Shown here: one piece after another, positions 21,415-28,969 of the stretch | How the letters are laid out: each line of letters starts with the position of its first letter | Numbering within the stretch: position 1 is the stretch's first letter | Assembly (NCBI GenBank): GCA_963833225.1 | Contig: CAWHXD010000019.1 | Coordinates: 544,001 to 608,000 of the forward strand | Length of the DNA: 64,000 nucleotides | Direction of reading: 5' to 3' | From: an uncultured Chloroflexia bacterium | GTDB taxonomy: Bacteria; Chloroflexota; Limnocylindria; Limnocylindrales; CSP1-4 | Notes under the pieces: generated by a model | What the model was told of the DNA's origin: nothing | The model's database searches: none | What the model saw: the letters and a program-made list of their open reading frames with translations, nothing else | Program-made: the position numbers and the translations under genes

Positions 21415-22992
21415 TTAGCCGACCGGGTTGGGCCGTCCGTCCGCGAGGGACCGCAGCACCTCGACCAGCCGATCGATGTCCGCCTCGGTCGTCAGGTAGT
21501 TCACGATCCCGGCCCGAAGCCAGGTCGTGCCCCGGACCACCGTGGTGGACAGCCAACCCTCCCCCGACGCCTCGAGCGCGGCAGCCAGCCGCTCCTGGTG
21601 GGCGTCGATGGCTGGCGCCCTCATGGCCGCGGTGCCGGCCGGGCCACCGGGCAGGTGACGGAAGCACACGACCGAGAGCTCGGGATCGTCGGGGAGCACC
21701 TCGAGATCATCCGAGTCGCGGCACCGGGCAGCCAGGTAGGCAGCCGTGTCATTGGTACGTTCCACGAGTCGGGCGAGGCCGACCGTGCCGAGATGGTGCC
21801 AGCTCAGCCACAGCTTGAGTGCGCGGAACCGACGGCTACCCTCGAACCCCAGCCGGTAGAAGTCCACGCCCTGGGCATGGGGTTCATCCGCCGCCTGCGT
21901 GTCCCCGGCGGCGTGGGCGCGGTAGTACTCGGGCGAGCGGTCGAAGGTCTGGTGCAGGTGGTCGCCGTTCCGCACGAGCAGCGCGCCCAGGTCGTAGGCC
22001 TGGAAGAACCACTTGTGCGGGTCGACGGTGACGCTGTCGGCGAGGTGGAGACCGGGAACGCGGGCGGCGTCGCGCTCGGAGAGACGCGCCCCGCCGCCGT
22101 ATGCGGCATCGACGTGGAGCCAGAGCCCCTCGCGATCCGCAAGCGCGGCCAGCTCCTCGACCATGTCGACAGAGCCGGTGTTGGTGGAGCCGGCGACGGC
22201 GCAGATGGCGACCGGGGTGAGGCCCGCCGCCCGGTCGCGCGTCACGGCCGCCACCACGGGCTCCGCATGGAGGCGGAACCGGTCATCGGCCGGGAGCGCC
22301 ACCAGCGTTTCGGGCGGGAACCCCAGCTCGTCGAGGGCGCGGGCGATCGAGAAATGGGTCTGGTCGCCGGTGTAGATCCTCGCCCCCTCCAGCGCCGCGC
22401 CGCGTGGGGGGCGCGTGGCACCCCGGAGCCGGCGCAGGTGGACGTCGCGGACGAGCGCCATCGCGATGAAGTTGGCCATCACGCCGCCCGACGTGCACAG
22501 TCCGAATGAGCCCGTTCCGTAGCCGACGAGGTCGCACAGCCAGCGCACGACCTCCTCCTCCACGAAGGCGCCGCCCGGGCCTGCGTGCCAGACGTCGATG
22601 CCCTGGTTGGTCCACTGGGCCAGGACCTCGCCGGCGATCGACGCCACCAACGGGGGTGGCGTGAAGTAGGAGAGCGCCCTCGGGTGGTAGGAGTTCAGCG
22701 TGTGGGGGGCGATCCGCGCCGTGAACTCGTCGATGACCGTTTGGAGCGGGGCCGGGTCTGCGGGCGCGGGGCCGGGCGCCTGCGATTCGCCGAAGTACTG
22801 GCGTCGGAGCTCCGCGTACCCCGTGGGCACGCCCATCGCGCGGACCATCGCCTCGTCGTAGAGCCAGTCCAGGCTTGCGCGCCAGGTGGCCTCACCGGCG
22901 CGCTCCAGGGCGGCGCGCGAGGTGGCGGCGTCGCGGATGCCGATGAGCTCCGGCTCGGGGTGCCAGCGGAAGGGGGCGAGGGGGTCGTCCAT
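21415..22992 (-). CDS. Group II PLP-dependent amino-acid decarboxylase
   Basis: SGGVMAN, THFSI, AGSTNTGSVD, HVDAAYGG, TVDPHKW, SRRFRALKLW. Confidence 0.92.
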   Translation of the reverse strand: MDDPLAPFRWHPEPELIGIRDAATSRAALERAGEATWRASLDWLYDEAMVRAMGVPTGYAELRRQYFGESQAPGPAPADPAPLQTVIDEFTARIAPHTLNSYHPRALSYFTPPPLVASIAGEVLAQWTNQGIDVWHAGPGGAFVEEEVVRWLCDLVGYGTGSFGLCTSGGVMANFIAMALVRDVHLRRLRGATRPPRGAALEGARIYTGDQTHFSIARALDELGFPPETLVALPADDRFRLHAEPVVAAVTRDRAAGLTPVAICAVAGSTNTGSVDMVEELAALADREGLWLHVDAAYGGGARLSERDAARVPGLHLADSVTVDPHKWFFQAYDLGALLVRNGDHLHQTFDRSPEYYRAHAAGDTQAADEPHAQGVDFYRLGFEGSRRFRALKLWLSWHHLGTVGLARLVERTNDTAAYLAARCRDSDDLEVLPDDPELSVVCFRHLPGGPAGTAAMRAPAIDAHQERLAAALEASGEGWLSTTVVRGTTWLRAGIVNYLTTEADIDRLVEVLRSLADGRPNPVG

Positions 22993-23074
22993 CGCGGGTC
23001 ATGGTAGGGCGACGGGCGGGGTCATCATGGGTCCGGTTCGCCAGTCCCCGGGTGGTCCCTCCCCGGCACGGCCC

Positions 23075-23276
23075 CGCCAGCGGCGTGGTCCGCCAGTCCA
23101 CGATTTCGCCGCGCCAGCGGCGTGGTCCGCCAGTCCACGATTTCGCCGCACCGCCGGTCCCGGCGGCGCTGGCGTTGCCCCGCGGGCAACAGGTTGGACT
23201 GTGGGGGCAGGACCGGGGACTGCGAGGCACCAATACGCCGCCCGCATGTCGAGGAATGGCGAAATCGTGGACTGGC
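23075..23276. repeat. Intergenic element: 37-bp tandem duplication plus a distal 19-bp perfect inverted repeat
   Basis: CGCCAGCGGCGTGGTCCGCCAGTCCACGATTTCGCCG at 23075-23111 and 23112-23148; GGCGAAATCGTGGACTGGC at 23258-23276 is the reverse complement of GCCAGTCCACGATTTCGCC in each unit. Confidence 0.85.
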
Positions 23277-23443
23277 AGGCAGCGACGGCTGGACTCGGCC
23301 CGCGGAAGCCGGCCGAGCCGGAGGCCGGCCCGCGGAAGCCGGCCGAGATTGGCCGCCCGAGCGGTGGAGCCAGCGGGTCGTCCGGTCAGCGAACCGGCCT
23401 CGGGTGCGCGCGCCGCCCCATCGGCGGGCGGTACATTGGGCGC

Positions 23444-23905
23444 GTGACCTCCGATCAACGACCTCCCTCGGTCCGCCCTGTCGACTACAAGGGTGAGCCC
23501 CTCGACGCGGAGCGCGGCCCCGGTCTTGGCTGCTTCCGGTTCCAGGTGGTCCTGCTGCTGATCCTGGTCGTGCTGACGCCGCTCACCGTCGCGTGGGGCT
23601 GGCCGGCCGAGATCAGCATCGCGTTCCTGATCCTGACGCTGATCCTGCTGCTGTTCGCGGGCCAGACGGTGATCTTCCTGCTCCGCCTGGTCGCGGCCGA
23701 TCGCCGCGAGGGGGTCCGCCACGCCCCGCGCGCCTCCTCGACGCCCACGGTGGGCCAGCTCGAGGACGGAGCCGCGCACGTCGATGCCCTCGGCCGCCCG
23801 GTCGAGGTGAGGCCGGCCACGGCCGACGATCAGCCGGCGGGCGACCCGCCCGCGGACGACCCGCCCGCGAATGACCTGCCATCGGACCGCGGCATGCGAG
23901 AATAG
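23444..23905 (+). CDS. Hypothetical membrane protein (2 TM)
   Basis: TACATT 6 nt before GTG; two hydrophobic helices; acidic/Pro tail. Confidence 0.65.
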   Translation: MTSDQRPPSVRPVDYKGEPLDAERGPGLGCFRFQVVLLLILVVLTPLTVAWGWPAEISIAFLILTLILLLFAGQTVIFLLRLVAADRREGVRHAPRASSTPTVGQLEDGAAHVDALGRPVEVRPATADDQPAGDPPADDPPANDLPSDRGMRE

Positions 23906-23945
23906 GCGCGCCCGAGCCAGGGATCACAGGGAGTCACTCCGTCAC

Positions 23946-24272
23946 GTGCCCGTCCTAGCCACGTTCTTCTCCGTCCGTCGCGGCCGGGATCCGTTCTTCA
24001 AGTTCTTCATGAAGACGATCTTCCCGCGCCAGGTGAAGGAGTACGAGGAGAAGTTTGGCATCAGGTTCGTCGGCTGGTTCAACGTGGCGCACGGTTGGGA
24101 CTTCGACAATGTCATCATGCTCGACCTGCCCGATTACGGAACGCTGGACAAGCTCGAGGCCGACGAGGCCACGAGGGCGCTCGGCCACCGGGCCGGCGAG
24201 TGGATCTTCGAACGGCATCACTCGATGTTCCTCCGGGAGCGACTCGGACCGGATCTCGAGTACCACGGCTAA
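23946..24272 (+). CDS. Small hypothetical protein, possibly dimeric alpha/beta barrel (NIPSNAP/GYD-like)
   Basis: Strong GC3 codon bias; GIRFVGWF...DNVIMLDLPDY pattern. Confidence 0.6.
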   Translation: MPVLATFFSVRRGRDPFFKFFMKTIFPRQVKEYEEKFGIRFVGWFNVAHGWDFDNVIMLDLPDYGTLDKLEADEATRALGHRAGEWIFERHHSMFLRERLGPDLEYHG

Positions 24273-24284
24273 GGAGGCGATCGC

Positions 24285-25232
24285 ATGGACGTGAGCCGCA
24301 ACTCGATGCTCGGGGAGCTCGCCAGCGACGCCGCCTCGGAGCGGACGGACTTCCTGGTGCAGGCGACCGAGCAGCTTGCCAAGTTCCTGGACCGCAACCG
24401 CGGGCGTATCGCGGACATCGGCGGCATGACGCTCATCGATGAGGATCCGGACTACCTGTCGGTTGCCCCCGACGGGACGTTCCGCGTCCGCAGCCGGTTC
24501 GAGGATCCCGACACGGGTGAGTGGGTGACCGAGACCGAGATCGTGGAGACGGCCTCGGAGCTGGTGGAGCTCTACAACCCGGTCGAGGTGTACGCGGCGT
24601 TCGCCGAGGCCGCTCGCGAGGCCGCCGGTCTCGATCGCCAGCCCACCGCGGCCGACGACCTCATGGACACGGCCGGGGTGCCGCCCGCGGACACGTTCGG
24701 GCTCGACGACGACGCGGCGTATGCCGGTGCCGCCGACAACTGGGCAGCGGGCCAGCCCGCAGTCGCGGAAGCGAGCGACGAGGAGTCAGCTGCGCTGGCC
24801 ATGTACAACCTCGCCCTGGACTTCCAGGAGCGAAGCCAGGCCAACGAGGCGAGCCTCATCGACCAGTTCCAGGACGCGGTCTCACGCCTGACCGGCACCA
24901 TGGGCGACCTCATCATCGTGGACGACGACGACGAGCGGCTCACGCTGACCGCGTCGGGTCGCTTCCGCGCCGAGGTTCTCCCGGAGGACGGCAACGGCGA
25001 GTGGCGCGAGCTCACCGAGCCCGAGGACATCGTCGAGTACTACGACCCCACGGACGTGTTCGGCGACCTGGCCGACGCGCTGGCCGAGTCCTTCCCCTCG
25101 GTGGCGCCGGAGGCCGAGCCCGCCGAGCCCGCCGAGGGCGACGAGAGCGACGAGGGCGACGAGAGCGACGAGGGCGACGAGGACGGGGAGCTCGAGATCG
25201 AGATCGACGCCCCGGAGGATGGTGCGCGCTAG
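24285..25232 (+). CDS. Highly acidic hypothetical protein with an internal domain duplication
   Basis: AAGGAGG SD; two similar modules (G.FR...ED..GEW...(EL/DI)VE.Y.P..V...A(E/D)A); (EGDESD)n tail. Confidence 0.75.
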   Translation: MDVSRNSMLGELASDAASERTDFLVQATEQLAKFLDRNRGRIADIGGMTLIDEDPDYLSVAPDGTFRVRSRFEDPDTGEWVTETEIVETASELVELYNPVEVYAAFAEAAREAAGLDRQPTAADDLMDTAGVPPADTFGLDDDAAYAGAADNWAAGQPAVAEASDEESAALAMYNLALDFQERSQANEASLIDQFQDAVSRLTGTMGDLIIVDDDDERLTLTASGRFRAEVLPEDGNGEWRELTEPEDIVEYYDPTDVFGDLADALAESFPSVAPEAEPAEPAEGDESDEGDESDEGDEDGELEIEIDAPEDGAR

Positions 25233-25283
25233 CGTCACCGCCGCGCCTTCATTCCGCCGCGCCCGGCACCAGGGTCGGCGCTG

Positions 25284-26144
25284 ATGCGCCTGACCGGGGC
25301 TGAGCTGGTCGAGACCCGCGAGATCCTCGCCGGCACGCGTCTCGCCGCCTGGCACACCCCCGCGATCGCGTCGGCCGCGCGGGCCGGCCAGTATCTCCAC
25401 GCGCTGACCCGGGAGGCCGGCGACCTGCCGATCCGGCGGCCGTGGCCGATCGCCACGGCGGACGCCTCGAGCGGGGTCATCACGATCGAGGTCCCGGGCT
25501 CGGCGGCTCCTGGCGCACGTCGCTGGGTGAGCGCCCTGCGTCCCGGAGACCGGGCGGAGCTCGCCGGTCCGCTGGGGCGTCCGTTCGAGGTCGATCCCCG
25601 GTCCCGGCACCTGCTGCTGGTCGCGGTTGGCGCGGCGATGGCATCGCTCCGCCTGCTGGTGGACGAGGCGCTCCGCGACGGGCGATCCGTGGTGCTGCTG
25701 TACGGGGCGGCCACGGCCGGCGCCGTGTACCCCTCCAGCCTCCTGCCCGACGAGGTGGAGTACGTGGTGGCCACGGCGGACGGCTCGCTCGGCCACCAAG
25801 GGTCCGTGGTGGACCTGGTGACCAGCTACGAGGCGTGGGCCGACCAGGCGTTCGCGGCTGGCCCGCCCTCCATGCTCGCGGGCGTCGCGCGGCTGGCCGC
25901 CGGGCGACGCGCCCGGCTGGGGGTGGCAACCCTGGGCCGAAAGCGGGGTGGAGGACGGCCGCCGGCGCCAGGGTCTCCGGAGGCGCGGCGGAAGGCGTTC
26001 CTCCAGGTGGCGGTGGACCAGTCGGTCGGGTGCGCCGCCGGGACGTGTGGCGGCTGTGCGGTCGAGGGATCGGCCGGTACCGTGCGGGTCTGTCGCGAAG
26101 GCCCAGTCTTCGCTGCCGACGAGCTGGACTGGGGCCAGGAGTGA
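25284..26144 (+). CDS. pyrK: Dihydroorotate dehydrogenase electron transfer subunit
   Basis: AGQY, RRPWPI, GPLGRPF, ATADGSLG, GCAAGTCGGC...VCREGPVF 2Fe-2S motif; upstream of pyrD. Confidence 0.8.
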   Translation: MRLTGAELVETREILAGTRLAAWHTPAIASAARAGQYLHALTREAGDLPIRRPWPIATADASSGVITIEVPGSAAPGARRWVSALRPGDRAELAGPLGRPFEVDPRSRHLLLVAVGAAMASLRLLVDEALRDGRSVVLLYGAATAGAVYPSSLLPDEVEYVVATADGSLGHQGSVVDLVTSYEAWADQAFAAGPPSMLAGVARLAAGRRARLGVATLGRKRGGGRPPAPGSPEARRKAFLQVAVDQSVGCAAGTCGGCAVEGSAGTVRVCREGPVFAADELDWGQE

Positions 26145-26148
26145 CGCC

Positions 26149-26805
26149 GTGACCGATGCGCTTCGCACCCGCCTGGGGACATCGGCCGGGCTCCTCGGCG
26201 TTGCCGTGGTGAGCGTCGTGTCGGTGGTCGCGGGACTCGCCTATACCGGAACCGGCGGCGAGGGATACAGCACGCTCAACCACTGGATCTCGGAGCTTGG
26301 CGAGCCGGGCGTCTCCCGCCTCGCCACGCTGTTCAACGTGGGCGTGATGGTCGGAGGCGGGTCGTTCGCGGTGTTCATGGCGATGCTCGCGGCTTCGGCG
26401 GCCGGACGGCCCCGGTACGCGTGGGGTCCGATCGGTGCAGGGGCAGGTGTCGCCGGCCTGCTCGTCGGCGTGTTCCCGATGACCACCGGCCGCGAGCACG
26501 CCCTGGCGGCGCTGGCCTTCTTCGGTTTGGGCGTGTTGGCCGTGGGGATCGCCACCGTCGACCTCCTTCGAAGGCGTGATCCGCGGTTCCCGCGCTGGCT
26601 GGGCCTGGTCGCCGGGTTCACGGTCGTGGCGTTTCTCGGGTTCCTGGTGGCCATGCGGATCGATCTCCGGATGATGGACGATGCGCTGGGTGTCCCTCCG
26701 GCACGCCCGGACATCTGGAGCGTGCCCATCCTCGAGTGGGCGACGTTCCGCGGGATCCTGGCCTGGACGGCGCTCGCGGCGTGGTGGTGGGGGCGCGCCC
26801 GATGA
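26149..26805 (+). CDS. DUF998-like membrane protein
   Basis: GYSTLNHWISELG, LVGVFP...H; about 6 TM helices. Confidence 0.7.
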   Translation: MTDALRTRLGTSAGLLGVAVVSVVSVVAGLAYTGTGGEGYSTLNHWISELGEPGVSRLATLFNVGVMVGGGSFAVFMAMLAASAAGRPRYAWGPIGAGAGVAGLLVGVFPMTTGREHALAALAFFGLGVLAVGIATVDLLRRRDPRFPRWLGLVAGFTVVAFLGFLVAMRIDLRMMDDALGVPPARPDIWSVPILEWATFRGILAWTALAAWWWGRAR

Positions 26806-27938
26806 AGCCCAAGCGCCGCGCCGTGCCCGGTGGTCGCACGCGCCGGACGCCGACCGTGCGCCGGGTCCGTCCCGCGATCAGGCCGGTCCCGCCGTCGGCG
26901 TCGCCGCGCGCCCGGGTGGGCGCCTCGACGTCGGGTCGGCTCGCCGGCGGTGAGCCCGCACTGGATGCCATCGGCAGCCGGCCGGTCACGCTCGACGTGG
27001 ACCTGGGGCGCGGACTTGTCCTCGCCAATCCCGTCATCGTGGCGGCGGGGCCGTTCGGGTATGGCGCGGAGATGGCGGACCTCGTGGACCTGCCGCGGCT
27101 CGGCGGGCTCGTGACCCGGGGCACGACCCTCAAGGCTCGCGCCGGGCACCGGCCGCCCCGGACCGCCGAGGTCCCGGCCGGGATGCTGTGGGGCGTGGGG
27201 CTCCAGAACCCGGGGCTCGATGTGGTGCTGGAGCGGTACGCGCCGGCGTGGGCTCGCTGGCCGATCCCGGTGATCCTCAACCTGTGCGGCGAATCGGCGT
27301 CCGAGCTGGCGGAGGCGGCGCGGCGCCTCGAGGGAGTGCCCGGGATCGCCGGCGTCGAGCTGAACCTCTCGTGCCCCAGCGGCGCGCGCGGGACCGCGTT
27401 CGGGCTCGACGCCTCCACCGCCGGCAGCGCCGTCGCGGCCGTGCGCCGCGCCTGCGACCTGCCGCTGATCGCCAAGCTCACGGCCGCGGCGCCGCACGTC
27501 CGGACAATCGCCCGGGCGTGCGAGGACGCCGGCGCCGACGCGATCAGCGCGATCAACACCCTGCCCGGTTTCGCGATCGCCCCCGACCGGCGCGGTCCGG
27601 CGCTCGGATCGGGGTTCGGAGGCGTGTCCGGCCCCGCCCTCAAGTCAATCGCCCTGCGCGTCGTCTACGAGGTCGCCCAGGTCGTCGACGTGCCCGTGAT
27701 CGGCATCGGCGGGATCGCGACGGTGGACGATGTCCTCGACATGCTGGCGGCCGGCGCCGTGGCGGTGGGGATCGGTGTCGCCGCGCTGGCCGACCCGATG
27801 CTCCCCGTGCGATTGGCGGACGAGATCGCCGATGCCTGTCGGGCGGTGGGCGTGGCGGACGTGCGGGACCTCGTGGGGACGGCCCTGCCGGCAACGCCGG
27901 GACCGGCGAGCAGCCGCGGGGCGGAGTACACGCGCTGA
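26802..27938 (+). CDS. pyrD: Dihydroorotate dehydrogenase (family 1B catalytic subunit), with atypical active-site residues
   Basis: NPVIVAAG, GLQNPG, ELNLSCP, AKLT, INT, GGVSGPA, IGIGGI. Confidence 0.85.
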   Translation: MKPKRRAVPGGRTRRTPTVRRVRPAIRPVPPSASPRARVGASTSGRLAGGEPALDAIGSRPVTLDVDLGRGLVLANPVIVAAGPFGYGAEMADLVDLPRLGGLVTRGTTLKARAGHRPPRTAEVPAGMLWGVGLQNPGLDVVLERYAPAWARWPIPVILNLCGESASELAEAARRLEGVPGIAGVELNLSCPSGARGTAFGLDASTAGSAVAAVRRACDLPLIAKLTAAAPHVRTIARACEDAGADAISAINTLPGFAIAPDRRGPALGSGFGGVSGPALKSIALRVVYEVAQVVDVPVIGIGGIATVDDVLDMLAAGAVAVGIGVAALADPMLPVRLADEIADACRAVGVADVRDLVGTALPATPGPASSRGAEYTR

Positions 27939-27982
27939 GCCGCGACGACGCTGGTGGCGAGCCGCTCGCCGGTGATCTCGCG

Positions 27983-28918
27983 GTGCCGCCGACGCCGGTC
28001 GGGTCGCCGCGCTCCGCGCGCCGCGCGGTGGTGGCCATGGTCGTCATCGCGGTCGCCGTCGCGGCTGGCCTCGAGCTCGCCCAGCCGCCGGCGCCTCCGT
28101 CGTCCTCCTCATCCCCGCCGTCGCCGGCCACGGCTTCACCGTCGGCGCCAACGGCCGCCCCATCTTCCGCAGAGGCGACCCACGCGCCGGCTTCTGACGG
28201 CCCGAGCACCTCCGGCGCCCCGCCTCGCCTGACGCCAGACGAGCTCCGCTTCCTCGTCCTCGGCGTCCGGATCGACGAGACGCTGGTGTTCATCGATGGC
28301 GCCATGCGGGTCACGCCCGTTCCATGCCAGGACCCGGCACAGGGGAGCGCGGGCTGCGTGGCCGTCGAGATCCCCGGGCTGGGTCTCCCGGTCGTGCCGG
28401 GCGGCGACGCCATCCCGTGGCACGGAGATCCGCCCCCGGGCGCGTGGATCGTGACCGTGGCCCGGGCCGGCGGGCTCGTCTACCTTGGATCGCTGGTCCC
28501 CGAGCCGGCAGCGCCCGACACCATCGACGGGCTCACCCGCCGGCTCTTCGCGGGGGAGCTGTCGACGCCATCACGAACCCTGTTCGAGGTCAGCGGCTGG
28601 CTGGTGGCGAACCCGCTCCAGACCTGCTACCGACCCGGCGTGGCAGCCACCCCGTGCCCCGCCCCGACCCCGTTCCTCGCCTCCGACGAGCCGGGTCGTG
28701 ACGGCGTCCTTCGGTCATCGCGCGGCGGCCCGGTGGACCTGGCGCCCGCGGTGATCGGCATGGACCCGGCCGACGTGGTCACGTCCGGCAGGTTTCTCGT
28801 GATGCCGCCGGCTGCATGCGACCCCTCGAATGCCGCGCAGACCTGTGACGCCGAGCCGCGCTGGCTGGTCACCGCGCGGTTCGACCCAGCGCAATCGTTT
28901 CGCGTGCTGGTGCCCTGA
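27983..28918 (+). CDS. Hypothetical membrane-anchored protein with S/P/A linker and paired cysteines
   Basis: Hydrophobic AVVAMVVIAVAVAAGL; low-complexity linker; three Cys pairs; start uncertain. Confidence 0.55.
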   Translation: MPPTPVGSPRSARRAVVAMVVIAVAVAAGLELAQPPAPPSSSSSPPSPATASPSAPTAAPSSAEATHAPASDGPSTSGAPPRLTPDELRFLVLGVRIDETLVFIDGAMRVTPVPCQDPAQGSAGCVAVEIPGLGLPVVPGGDAIPWHGDPPPGAWIVTVARAGGLVYLGSLVPEPAAPDTIDGLTRRLFAGELSTPSRTLFEVSGWLVANPLQTCYRPGVAATPCPAPTPFLASDEPGRDGVLRSSRGGPVDLAPAVIGMDPADVVTSGRFLVMPPAACDPSNAAQTCDAEPRWLVTARFDPAQSFRVLVP

Positions 28919-28969
28919 GCCAGCGGTCGGGCCCGCGTCGGACCGGGCCCGCGTCGGCCGGGCTGGTCG

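Noticed and set aside
23075-23148. 37-bp repeat as a CRISPR array
   Set aside because: Two directly adjacent copies with no spacer and no cas genes.
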